Source: Clostridia bacterium (GTDB lineage: Bacteria > Bacillota > Clostridia > DUPQ01). Taken from it: a stretch of DNA of 64,000 nt. The translations under genes were made by a program, and so were the position numbers. A model generated the notes under the pieces. That model ran no database searches and was not told the DNA's origin. It worked only from the letters and a program-made list of their open reading frames with translations. Positions 27,939 through 37,026 of the stretch are shown in pieces; the first letter of the stretch is position 1; the number at the start of each line of letters is the position of its first letter. The stretch spans positions 5,063 to 69,062 of the forward strand of contig JAFGQE010000003.1 of NCBI GenBank assembly GCA_016935835.1. The letters are read 5' to 3'.

Positions 27939-29951
27939 ATGGAGAATACCATTCTCAACGACAGGTACGAGCTTATTGAACTCATCGGGACCGGCGGGAT
28001 GGGTCATGTTTATAAAGCCAAGGATAACAAGCTTGACAGGACGGTGGCGGTCAAGATCCTAAAGGAAGAATTCCTCGAGGATGAGGAATTCGTCGAAAGA
28101 TTCCATGCCGAGGCGCAGGCGGCGGCAAAGCTTTCCCATACCAATATTGTAGCGGTATATGATGTCGGGGTCGACATGGATATGCATTTCATCGTAATGG
28201 AGCTTATTGAGGGAGTCATTCTGAGCGACTACGTGAAACGAATGGAAAAGCTTGATTACACCGAGGCCCTGTCCATAGCGATGCAGATATCAAAGGCGCT
28301 GGCCCATGCGCATAAGAATGGAATAGTTCACCGGGACATAAAACCGCACAATGTGCTGCTATCCAAGGACGGCGTGGCAAAGGTCGCGGATTTTGGAATA
28401 GCCAAGGCTACAACCGCAAGGACATTCACACTGAGCGGTAAAACAGTCGGTTCAGTACATTATTTTTCGCCTGAGCAAGCGCGCGGAGGTTATGTTGATT
28501 CACGGGCTGATATATATTCGCTTGGCGTGGTGCTTTACGAAATGCTTACGGGAAGGCCCCCTTTCGACGGGGAGACGCCTGTTGTGGTTGCAGTCAAGCA
28601 CCTTCAGGAAAAAATGACGGAGCCAATAATACTAAACCCTGAAATACCCGAAAGCGTCAACAAGATAGTAGTGAAGGCAATGGCAAAAAGCGCGGACGAC
28701 AGGTATCAGTCGGCGGGCGAATTGCTGGGTGAAATGGAAGCCGCAATGGCCGGCAAGGAACTTCCATCTGAGTTCAACCTGTCTCTCGATTTCATTGAAG
28801 GAACCGCGAATGCCTACGATTCAACGGATGCGACAAAAGATTTCGTACTGGCAACGAATACAAAAGATAAAAGAGAGGAGTATGATGTACCCTTGGCAAA
28901 ATATAAAAAGAGACATGTTCTTTCCACTACAATTGCCGTGCTTTCAGCCATGGTTCTTATTATTTTCATTGCATATTACGGAATAACGGAGCTTATGACG
29001 ACGGTGATTCCCGATCCGGAGGAATATATAGTGGAAGACTACAGGGGAATGGATTACGAGGAAGTAAAGAGCAAGCTGGAGTCTGAATTCAGGATAATCG
29101 TTGAAAAGCATGAGGTTTATGACGATAATACAAAGGCCGGCATCATCATTGCGCAGGATAAGGAGCAGGGGATTGTCTTCAAGGAAATGGCTGCAAACAA
29201 AATCAGGCTGACCGTAAGCCTTGGGCCTGAGGAGATTGAAATCTCCAGGTTCGAAGGCCTTGAATACAGGATAGTGGAGCGCACCCTGATAGACCTGGGC
29301 CTCGTTCCGGTCCAGATTGATATTATAAATGAAAATATTGCAAAGGGGCAGGTAATCAGAACCGATCCCCCGGAAGGCATGACTGCCAGGCCGGGAGAAA
29401 GCGTATCGGTTTATGTCAGCCTGGGACCGGAGCTTAAGGAAGTTACGGTTCCAAGTTTCATGGGAATGACACTGAATCAAGTCAAGGAACTGCTTGCCGA
29501 TCTTAATCTCAGGCTGGGAGGATATGTTCCTGACGTCCTTACCGAAGAATCGGTTGTAATCGAGCACATACCCGCGGAAGGGGCAAAGGTTTTTGAAGGC
29601 GACAAGATTGAGTACAAGTTTGCGGTCCCGGCGAGCAATCTGCTTGTTCCATATACAATCATGCCTGGAAATCTTGAAATTCAGGCGGAACCGATCAAGG
29701 TCCTGATTGAATCAACCCCGTCCAGCACGGGGACAACTTCAATCGCTTACTCGGAGTCGCACATGAAGGATAGCTTCCCTATAACGGTGTATATAGAGAT
29801 TCCCGAGGGCGGGCAAACAATAGTAAGGGTTCTGCTTAACAACATACTGAATTTTGAAACGGTTTTATTCTATGAGGATTACAAGGATATGGAAGGTGTT
29901 CAGGTCATAGGAGCAACCCCGGTACCGGTTGAACCGTCCCCCGGGGAATGA
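27939..29951 (+). CDS. prkC: Ser/Thr protein kinase with a TM segment and PASTA repeats (PrkC type)
   Basis: Kinase motifs GTGGMGHVY, HRDIKPHN, DFGIA. TM helix around residue 330. C-terminal PASTA-like repeats. Confidence 0.92.
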   Translation: MENTILNDRYELIELIGTGGMGHVYKAKDNKLDRTVAVKILKEEFLEDEEFVERFHAEAQAAAKLSHTNIVAVYDVGVDMDMHFIVMELIEGVILSDYVKRMEKLDYTEALSIAMQISKALAHAHKNGIVHRDIKPHNVLLSKDGVAKVADFGIAKATTARTFTLSGKTVGSVHYFSPEQARGGYVDSRADIYSLGVVLYEMLTGRPPFDGETPVVVAVKHLQEKMTEPIILNPEIPESVNKIVVKAMAKSADDRYQSAGELLGEMEAAMAGKELPSEFNLSLDFIEGTANAYDSTDATKDFVLATNTKDKREEYDVPLAKYKKRHVLSTTIAVLSAMVLIIFIAYYGITELMTTVIPDPEEYIVEDYRGMDYEEVKSKLESEFRIIVEKHEVYDDNTKAGIIIAQDKEQGIVFKEMAANKIRLTVSLGPEEIEISRFEGLEYRIVERTLIDLGLVPVQIDIINENIAKGQVIRTDPPEGMTARPGESVSVYVSLGPELKEVTVPSFMGMTLNQVKELLADLNLRLGGYVPDVLTEESVVIEHIPAEGAKVFEGDKIEYKFAVPASNLLVPYTIMPGNLEIQAEPIKVLIESTPSSTGTTSIAYSESHMKDSFPITVYIEIPEGGQTIVRVLLNNILNFETVLFYEDYKDMEGVQVIGATPVPVEPSPGE

Positions 29952-30021
29952 TAAAATAAAATGTTTGCGGGACGACCATACCGGTTTTGGCGGATGGTAT
30001 CAAAGGCGGGAGGGTGATTTA

Positions 30022-30909
30022 TTGCCGAAAGGTTTGATTCTGAGCGGAATCGGCGGGCTGTACAGCGTCAGGAGTGCCTCAGCAACCTACGCTTGCCGGG
30101 CAAGGGGTCTTTTCAGGAATTCCGGTATCACCCCTCTTCCGGGCGATCATGTGGATTTTACAATAACCGATGAGAAGCAAAAAGAGGGATACCTTCAGTC
30201 AATACATGACAGGAAAAACCTTTTGGTCAGGCCGGCAGTTGCCAATGTGAGCCTGGCTTTCGTTGTGATTTCCATTACGGATCCACAACCCGACCTCTAT
30301 CTTGCGGACAAGTTGCTCTGTATTTTTGAAAGCAAGGGCATCGAGTCTGTAATTTGTATAAACAAATCCGATCTTGCCGATGAGGAAGAAATATATTCAC
30401 TGGCATCCCAGTATGAAAAGGCCGGCTACACCATTGCATTTACAAATGCCAGGTCAGGGGAAGGAATAGATGGATTGAGAAAATTTTTCAAGGACAAGGT
30501 ATGCGTTTTCGCAGGACAATCAGGAGTCGGTAAGTCAACCATACTTAACAAATTCATCGGCAGCCAGGTCATGGAAACGGGAAGCCTCAGCGCCAGGGCG
30601 GGAAGAGGGAAGCATACCACGAGGCACGCGCAGTTCGTCGAGTCGGACGGAGGATTCATAGTGGATACCCCCGGCTTTTCCAGTCTTGACGCAGGACTAT
30701 TGGAACCTGAGGATTTAAAGAACCTGTACAGGGAATTCGTCGGTTTATCCGATGAATGCCGCTTCAATGGCTGCAGGCACATCAATGAGCCTGACTGCGC
30801 GGTGAGAAAGGCGGCCTCCGAAGGGAGGATATCCGGATACAGGCTTGAAAGATATGTTAAAATATATTCGCAGGCCAAGGAGGCCGAAATAAAGACGAGG
30901 GGGTACTGA
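30022..30909 (+). CDS. rsgA: Ribosome small-subunit biogenesis GTPase RsgA (CpgA/YloQ)
   Basis: TTG start with GGCGGGAGGG RBS. N-terminal OB-fold region matches CpgA-like LPKGLILSGIGGLYSV. Circularly permuted GTPase motifs NKSD..GQSGVGKST. C-terminal zinc-finger Cys. Confidence 0.88.
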   Translation: MPKGLILSGIGGLYSVRSASATYACRARGLFRNSGITPLPGDHVDFTITDEKQKEGYLQSIHDRKNLLVRPAVANVSLAFVVISITDPQPDLYLADKLLCIFESKGIESVICINKSDLADEEEIYSLASQYEKAGYTIAFTNARSGEGIDGLRKFFKDKVCVFAGQSGVGKSTILNKFIGSQVMETGSLSARAGRGKHTTRHAQFVESDGGFIVDTPGFSSLDAGLLEPEDLKNLYREFVGLSDECRFNGCRHINEPDCAVRKAASEGRISGYRLERYVKIYSQAKEAEIKTRGY

Positions 30910-30910
30910 A

Positions 30911-31567
30911 TTGATTAAAATAGCGCCATCAATACTTGCATCCGATTTTTCAAGGCTCGCCGCTGAAATATCCATGGTGGAGAATGACGGGGCGGATTAT
31001 ATACATGTGGATGTCATGGACGGCAGGTTTGTACCGAACATAACCATCGGCCAGCCTGTGGTTGCCGCCATCAGGAAAATTACAAAGCTTCCCCTGGACG
31101 TGCATCTTATGATAGAGGATCCGGACCGGCACATAGAGTCTTTTGTCGAAGCGGGCGCCGATATTATCTGCATTCATCAGGAAGCCGGCATTCATCTGGA
31201 AAGAAGCATTCAATTTATCAGGTCGCTTGGAGCCAAGGCTGCTGTTTCACTCAACCCCGCAACTGACGTAAATACTTTGAAGTATGTCCTGCCGGAGCTT
31301 GACATGGTTTTGATAATGAGCGTCAACCCGGGATTCGGGGGACAGGAGTTCATCGGATTCAGCATTGAAAAAATAAAGGAGCTCAGGGCCATGGCGGACA
31401 GGCTTAACCCGGGCATGGACATCGAGGTCGACGGCGGCATAAACATGGACAATATCCGGGAGGTGGTCAAGGCTGGGGCAAATGTAATAGTTGCCGGGTC
31501 AGGCATTTACGGCGATGGAAACCCGGCGACCGCGGTATCCCTGATGAGAAGGATGGCAGGCGGATGA
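30911..31567 (+). CDS. rpe: Ribulose-phosphate 3-epimerase
   Basis: TTG start. MIKIAPSILASDF... HVDVMDG... MSVNPGFGGQ motifs. Confidence 0.92.
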   Translation: MIKIAPSILASDFSRLAAEISMVENDGADYIHVDVMDGRFVPNITIGQPVVAAIRKITKLPLDVHLMIEDPDRHIESFVEAGADIICIHQEAGIHLERSIQFIRSLGAKAAVSLNPATDVNTLKYVLPELDMVLIMSVNPGFGGQEFIGFSIEKIKELRAMADRLNPGMDIEVDGGINMDNIREVVKAGANVIVAGSGIYGDGNPATAVSLMRRMAGG

Positions 31568-32193
31568 AAGCGGTGGTGATTTCGGGCGGACAAAGAATCG
31601 AAAAAGAGAGGGCGCTTGAAATCACAAGGGACGCAGATTTCATCGTATGCGCCGACAAGGGCGCGGAGTATGCCTTTTTCTATGGCATCAGGCCTCACTT
31701 GATAGTCGGGGACATGGATTCGGTCGACAAAAGCTACATTGAGCTTCCGGACAGTCCTGCAGTGATAGTATCGCCCAGGGAAAAGGACCTGACGGACACC
31801 CACCTGGCTGTCATCAAGGCGTTGGAGGCTGGTGCGGATGATATAACATTGATTTGCGCCACAGGCTTGAGAAGCGACCATGGGCTTGCCAATATACGGC
31901 TGCTGCTCTTAATAAATGAATGCGGGGCCACGGGCAGGATTGTCGACGACATCAATACGATAATGCTTTGCGACCGTGAAACCATATTCGAGGGGAAAAG
32001 CGGACTGACCGTTTCCCTTCTTGCGGCATCGGACAGGGTGGAGGGAATAACCCTCAGGGGATTCAAATACCCTCTCAAAGACAAAACCGCCAAAATGGCG
32101 TGGACTACGGGCATCAGCAACGAAATAGTTTCGGACCGCGCCAGCATCAATATTAAAAGCGGGATGCTGCTGGTATTTGTCATTCATGAATGA
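31564..32193 (+). CDS. thiN: Thiamine pyrophosphokinase
   Basis: GDMDS motif and TPK fold. Conserved position after rpe, as in the Bacillus yloQ-rpe-thiN arrangement. Confidence 0.82.
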   Translation: MKAVVISGGQRIEKERALEITRDADFIVCADKGAEYAFFYGIRPHLIVGDMDSVDKSYIELPDSPAVIVSPREKDLTDTHLAVIKALEAGADDITLICATGLRSDHGLANIRLLLLINECGATGRIVDDINTIMLCDRETIFEGKSGLTVSLLAASDRVEGITLRGFKYPLKDKTAKMAWTTGISNEIVSDRASINIKSGMLLVFVIHE

Positions 32194-32360
32194 AAAATGC
32201 AAAGGCCGGCCATTCGGATAACCGGCTGGCAATGTATGATTTTGTCAATCGCGGATGCATTTGACAATTATTCAGAGGTATGTATGATTCAGAATTGCGC
32301 AGGCTGCAGGCTTATGAAGCCTTGTGTTATAATCAATTAAAAAAACCGGGGGTGGGTCGG

Positions 32361-33542
32361 ATGTTTTCAGATAAGATAATCGCGGATTTAAAAAGCGCTT
32401 CATTCATACGCGCCATGTTTGAACAGGGCAACAGGCTGAGGCAGATTTATGGCGATGAAAATGTCTATGATTTTAGCATCGGCAATCCGGAAATCGAGCC
32501 GCCGGAGGAAGTCATAAATGCAATCCGGGAAATAGCTTCAAGCCGGGAGTACGGAACGCACAGATATATGTCGAATGCAGGCTATCTGTTTGTCAGGAAA
32601 GCAATAGCCGGGAGGCTGTCGCAGGCATATGGAATGGAGGTTCCCGCGGAAAACATCTGCATGACCTGCGGGGCGGCGGCGGGACTCAATGTTGTTTTCA
32701 AGTCGATTCTGAATCCCGGCGAGGAAGCCATAATGTTCGCTCCATATTTCGCCGAATATAAATTCTACATCGGCAATGCGGGCGGAGTGCCGGCCATTGT
32801 GGAAACCGATGAAAACTTCCAAATAGATGCGGCTGCTTTCAGGGCGGCTATAAAACCCGGAACAAAGGCCGTGCTGATAAATTCCCCGAACAATCCGACG
32901 GGTGTAATCTACAAGGATGAAATCCTGGAAAAAATGGCCGGTATAATCAAGGAAAAGGAAAAGGAATACGGAACAGGAATAATCGTGGTCAGCGACGAGC
33001 CATACAATGAGATTGTGTATGAGGCTGACAGGCTCCCTGTTGTTTTCAGGATATTTGAAAATGCAATAGTAGTAAACTCGTACAGCAAATCGCTTGCCTT
33101 GCCCGGTGAGAGGATAGGCTATGTTGCCGTCAGCCCGAAACTGAAGCAAAACGGGCTTCTTATGGAGGCAATCGTATTCAACAACAGGACTCTTGGTTTT
33201 GTCAACGCCCCGGCGATAGTGCAAAGGATTGTGGCAAAGGCGATTGATGCGGCCGTCGATCCCGGCATATACAGGGAAAGAAGGGATATATTGTACAATC
33301 ATCTGACTTCCCTGGGGTTCCAATGCCAAAAGCCGGAGGGTGCGTTCTATTTGTTCGTAAAATCACCGGTGGAAAATGAAATGGATTTCGTTGAGACGGC
33401 CCTTAGAAATAATGTGCTCGTGGTTCCGGGCAGGGGATTCGGCCGGGCCGGTTATTTCAGGATAGCGTTTTGCGTGGGACTGGACACGATAAAGGGTTCC
33501 TTGAAGGCATTTGAAAAAATCGCCGCGGAATATTTCAACTAA
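32361..33542 (+). CDS. Class I/II PLP-dependent aminotransferase (Asp/Ala aminotransferase-like)
   Basis: An extended -10 (TGTTATAAT, 32320-32328) lies inside the ORF-track N-terminal extension, so the start is reassigned to ATG 32361 (MFSDK...), which follows a GGGGTGGG RBS. PLP-lysine region SYSKSLALPGERIGY. Confidence 0.8.
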   Translation: MFSDKIIADLKSASFIRAMFEQGNRLRQIYGDENVYDFSIGNPEIEPPEEVINAIREIASSREYGTHRYMSNAGYLFVRKAIAGRLSQAYGMEVPAENICMTCGAAAGLNVVFKSILNPGEEAIMFAPYFAEYKFYIGNAGGVPAIVETDENFQIDAAAFRAAIKPGTKAVLINSPNNPTGVIYKDEILEKMAGIIKEKEKEYGTGIIVVSDEPYNEIVYEADRLPVVFRIFENAIVVNSYSKSLALPGERIGYVAVSPKLKQNGLLMEAIVFNNRTLGFVNAPAIVQRIVAKAIDAAVDPGIYRERRDILYNHLTSLGFQCQKPEGAFYLFVKSPVENEMDFVETALRNNVLVVPGRGFGRAGYFRIAFCVGLDTIKGSLKAFEKIAAEYFN

Positions 33543-33570
33543 AAGCCGTGTCGGAACGGAGGCCGGGTTG

Positions 33571-33720
33571 GTGGGAAAAAGAAAAACCATCGGAATCATC
33601 ATAATAGCGATTGCAGCGGGAATGGTCGGCTACGGCATTTTCAGGGATGAGATCACTGATGTTTTTAATAAAGCAATCAGAATCTGCCTGGAATGCATAG
33701 GCATTGGGTGGATATTATGA
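33571..33720 (+). CDS. Small (~50 aa) membrane peptide with a C-terminal CxxC (CLEC) motif, translationally coupled to the downstream 4Fe-4S membrane protein
   Basis: GGAGG RBS at 33558-33562, GTG/TTG start, one TM helix (IGIIIIAIAAGMVGYGIF). Its stop TGA overlaps the next ATG (ATGA at 33717-33720). Confidence 0.35.
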   Translation: MGKRKTIGIIIIAIAAGMVGYGIFRDEITDVFNKAIRICLECIGIGWIL

Positions 33721-34583
33721 GGAGGAAGATCATACAGGCGGTCTCGGCTATTGTTTCAAATTCCTATATCCCCGGATTTTTGAAGGGAACCATTTACCAG
33801 GGAAAGCTGAAGAGCATTTGCGTGCCGGGCCTGAACTGCTATTCGTGCCCCGGGGCCATCGGGTCATGTCCCATCGGGTCGCTGCAGGCTGTGCTTGGCA
33901 GCTGGAAGTACCGGTTTTCATATTATGTCCTTGGCCTGATACTGCTTTTCGGAGGCTTTCTTGGCAGATGGATATGCGGCTGGATCTGTCCTTTTGGATT
34001 GTTTCAGGAATTGCTTTATAAAATTCCCGTAAAAAAAATCAAGCTTAAGGGAAACTGGCGGAAACTGTCCTGGGTCAAATACCCGGTGCTGCTGATGTTT
34101 GTAATAATACTTCCGCTTTTTGTCGTAAACATCGCGGGCCTGGGCAGCCCGGCCTTTTGCAAATATATATGCCCGGCAGGCACCCTTGAAGGTGCGCTTC
34201 CCCTCATGATAGCCGACCCCGGGCTTTTGGATAATGCCGGGGCGTTGTTTGTCCTCAAGGCATCCATAGCGATCGCAGTGGTGGCGGTGTCCATGGTATT
34301 GTTCAGGCCTTTTTGCAGAATATTGTGTCCGCTTGGCGCGATCTATGGCTGGATGAACAAGGTTTCACTTTATCAGATGGAAGTGGATACGGGCAAATGC
34401 ATTGAATGCGGCAGATGCACCCTGCAGTGCAAGCTTGATGTCGAGATTTACAAGAACCCGGCCTCGGCAGAATGCATAAGGTGCGGGGAATGCAAGACGG
34501 TTTGTCCCACGGGCGCTATCTCAAGCGAAATAAGATTCAGGAAAAAGGAAGAAGTGCATGGAAGGATTGAAAGAACGAATTAG
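33717..34583 (+). CDS. Polytopic membrane protein with 4Fe-4S ferredoxin-type clusters (NapH/MauN-like family)
   Basis: CxxC pairs in the N-terminal region (CVPGLNCYSCPGAIGSCP), several TM helices, C-terminal CIECGRCTLQC and CIRCGECKTVCP ferredoxin motifs. Confidence 0.7.
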   Translation: MRRKIIQAVSAIVSNSYIPGFLKGTIYQGKLKSICVPGLNCYSCPGAIGSCPIGSLQAVLGSWKYRFSYYVLGLILLFGGFLGRWICGWICPFGLFQELLYKIPVKKIKLKGNWRKLSWVKYPVLLMFVIILPLFVVNIAGLGSPAFCKYICPAGTLEGALPLMIADPGLLDNAGALFVLKASIAIAVVAVSMVLFRPFCRILCPLGAIYGWMNKVSLYQMEVDTGKCIECGRCTLQCKLDVEIYKNPASAECIRCGECKTVCPTGAISSEIRFRKKEEVHGRIERTN

Positions 34584-34595
34584 GAGGTTGATGCA

Positions 34596-35267
34596 ATGAG
34601 TCTGATTCTTTTTGCAGTGATTTTTGTATTCCTGTGGCTGGTGGTGGAAATTGTTTCCATACTTTTCAAGAGTACCGGGATGGATTTATACAAGGCCCGC
34701 TTCCAGACGATATCCATATTGACGCACACGGGTTTCACCACAAGGGAATCCGAGCTCATAACCCAGCATCCCGCAAGAAGAAAAATAGCCAGCGGGCTTA
34801 TGGTCGTGAGCTATCTTACACAGATAACACTTATTTCTGTCTTGATCAATGTGCTGATATCGGATACCAATGCGATGCTTAGCGTCGGTGTGATTCTGTT
34901 CGTGCTTCTGGTCTTTATATTCCTCATAACGAGAACGAGATTCCTCTCTTCGAGATTCAATAGTTTTGTGGAAAGGATAGTGGAAAAGAGAATAAATAAA
35001 TCCACGAAGAAGAACCCCATGTCCCAGGTTATGAAGATCAGCCCGGAATTCGGCATTTATGAGATAGTCGTAGGCGAAGACGGGGGGCTTGCAGGGAAGA
35101 CACTGATGGAGTCGCATCTTAAGGAAGCATATGTGCAGGTTCTCAAGGTGGACAAGGGAAGCGAGACAATCAATTTCCCCCATTCCAGCCTTATGCTCAG
35201 GGTAGGCGATAAGCTTGTTGTGTATGGGAAGATAAAGTCTATAAAGGACATTATAGTCAACCAGTGA
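34596..35267 (+). CDS. Membrane protein with a C-terminal TrkA_C (RCK_C) domain; putative ion-channel/transporter regulatory protein
   Basis: AGGAGG RBS. The N-terminal ~120 aa has 3 hydrophobic segments. The C-terminal YEIVVGEDGGLAGKTLMESHL...LMLRVGDKLVVYGK resembles TrkA_C. Confidence 0.5.
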   Translation: MSLILFAVIFVFLWLVVEIVSILFKSTGMDLYKARFQTISILTHTGFTTRESELITQHPARRKIASGLMVVSYLTQITLISVLINVLISDTNAMLSVGVILFVLLVFIFLITRTRFLSSRFNSFVERIVEKRINKSTKKNPMSQVMKISPEFGIYEIVVGEDGGLAGKTLMESHLKEAYVQVLKVDKGSETINFPHSSLMLRVGDKLVVYGKIKSIKDIIVNQ

Positions 35268-35277
35268 CTTTGGGGTT

Positions 35278-37026
35278 CTATTTTGCCCGAAGCTTCAAAA
35301 CAAGTCCTTCATCGGGTGTTGCGTATGCGCTGAAATATACAGAATAGTTGACCATGCCGGGCTTTGCTTTGTTTGGCTTCCTTATGTTCTTGATTTCAGA
35401 ATAGTCAACCGCGGTCTGGCCGCTTTTCCCGGCCCTGCTGTGATAGGCCGCGATTACGGCTGCCTCGCTGATGGTTTTGTCGGGGAAAAGCTCCTCCCTC
35501 TTATCCTTTTTTCTAATTATCACATGGGAGCCGGGCGTCCCCTTGGCATGAAGCCACAGGTCCCTCGAATTGGCGAATTTGAAGGTCAGATAGTCATTTT
35601 CAAGATTGTTTCTTCCGACGAATATTTCGTATCCTTCTGAGGAAATGTATCTGATTGGCCTGAAACCCGTTTCCTTTTCCTTCTTTGTGAACTTGGGGTG
35701 CTTTTTCTTTATATAACCCTGTTCCGACAATTCCTTGCGTATCTGCTCCACTTCATCCGCATGCGCGCAAACAGCAAGGCTGTGCTCGACGCTTTCAAGG
35801 TATTCGAGTTCCGCAACGGCATCGTCCATCTGTATCCTTGCGTTGACAAGGGCGCTCTTTGCCTTTTTGTATTTTTTAAAATACCTCCCTGCGTTTGCCG
35901 GGGCGTCCTTGTTGGGATCCAGTGCGATGGTCGTGTATTCGCCGGTGTAATAATTCAAAAGCTCAACCTTGTCGCTGTTGACAGGTATCCGGTGAATATT
36001 GGAGGTGATCAGTTCGCCGGCAATCCTGAATTCGTCAACGGAACCGGCATTGTCTGCAATATTGGCATGTATGGCGATTTTCTTGCGGCAGCGTTCGATA
36101 TTCCTTGAAATCGCCTTTTTCAGCTCGGTCTTGCTGTAATTTGTTCCCGGGACTTCGCCCTTTTTCGAATAATAAAAGTCAATGGCCTCGCTCAGCCGGG
36201 AGAACTCCCTGACATCAGGAAACTGAGCAAGGCGAAATGCATGAAAATCAACCGGCATTCCCTTTTCACCCAAAACCACGCAAGGCGAAATATTATGGGT
36301 CCTTATATCAAGAAGCATATCGCCAAGGATGTTATTGAAAGAATCCCTTTCCATTTCAGAGAGATTCATGACTGATTTCCCGGGATCGATTTTGCTCCTT
36401 TTGCAAATTTCCCTGCAAAGGACCGGCGAGAACCCTGTCAGTTTGCCCAGGATGGCTTTTTCGAGGGGAGTGCCGGACTGGTCAAGGATGTCGCCGGGCG
36501 TCGCTGAATCAGGCGAAAGTTTTCCCTGTGAAGGAATAAAGACATAATCCCGTGCGGGCATGACCTCGCGGACGCTGCTTACCGAGGAATCTATATGCCT
36601 GAGTGCGTCAAGGATTTTGCCGGATGAATTCATAAGGATCAAATTGCAGTTGCGCCCGGTTAATTCGACCATGAGGGTTTTGTTCTGCATATCGCCCAAG
36701 TCGCTTTTCGATTCAATCAACAAAGACAGGTACCTTTCATAACCATAATCATTGACATCCCTGATGAATCCCCCTGAAATATGTTTTCTCATGAACATGC
36801 AGAAATTCGGGGGGGACGGAGGATTGACGGACCCCGCTTCTGTGAGGAATATGCCCGGATGGGACGGGTTCAGGGAAATCCTGAGCCTGCGGGTGACCCC
36901 GTAATTATGAAGGCTCAGCACAACCTCGTCCTTTTCAGGCATGAATATTTTGTCAATCCTGGATCCTGTTATTTCTTTTTTCAGTTCAATTGCAAGGGCA
37001 TTGACTGTAATACCGTCGAATGGCAT
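35278..37026 (-). CDS. rqcH: RqcH / FbpA-family ribosome quality control protein (NFACT domains)
   Basis: 582 aa. N-terminal MPFDGITVNALAIELK, typical of FbpA/Rqc2 homologs. Central coiled coil. C-terminal NFACT-R-like region. Confidence 0.85.
   Translation of the reverse strand: MPFDGITVNALAIELKKEITGSRIDKIFMPEKDEVVLSLHNYGVTRRLRISLNPSHPGIFLTEAGSVNPPSPPNFCMFMRKHISGGFIRDVNDYGYERYLSLLIESKSDLGDMQNKTLMVELTGRNCNLILMNSSGKILDALRHIDSSVSSVREVMPARDYVFIPSQGKLSPDSATPGDILDQSGTPLEKAILGKLTGFSPVLCREICKRSKIDPGKSVMNLSEMERDSFNNILGDMLLDIRTHNISPCVVLGEKGMPVDFHAFRLAQFPDVREFSRLSEAIDFYYSKKGEVPGTNYSKTELKKAISRNIERCRKKIAIHANIADNAGSVDEFRIAGELITSNIHRIPVNSDKVELLNYYTGEYTTIALDPNKDAPANAGRYFKKYKKAKSALVNARIQMDDAVAELEYLESVEHSLAVCAHADEVEQIRKELSEQGYIKKKHPKFTKKEKETGFRPIRYISSEGYEIFVGRNNLENDYLTFKFANSRDLWLHAKGTPGSHVIIRKKDKREELFPDKTISEAAVIAAYHSRAGKSGQTAVDYSEIKNIRKPNKAKPGMVNYSVYFSAYATPDEGLVLKLRAK

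Noticed and set aside
29929-30021. ATG at 29929 as the rsgA start (overlapping the prkC 3' end by 23 nt)
   Set aside because: The RsgA/CpgA N-terminal homology begins at LPKGLILSG. A TTG at 30022 has a strong GGCGGGAGGG RBS, which fits better than a 31-codon unrelated extension.
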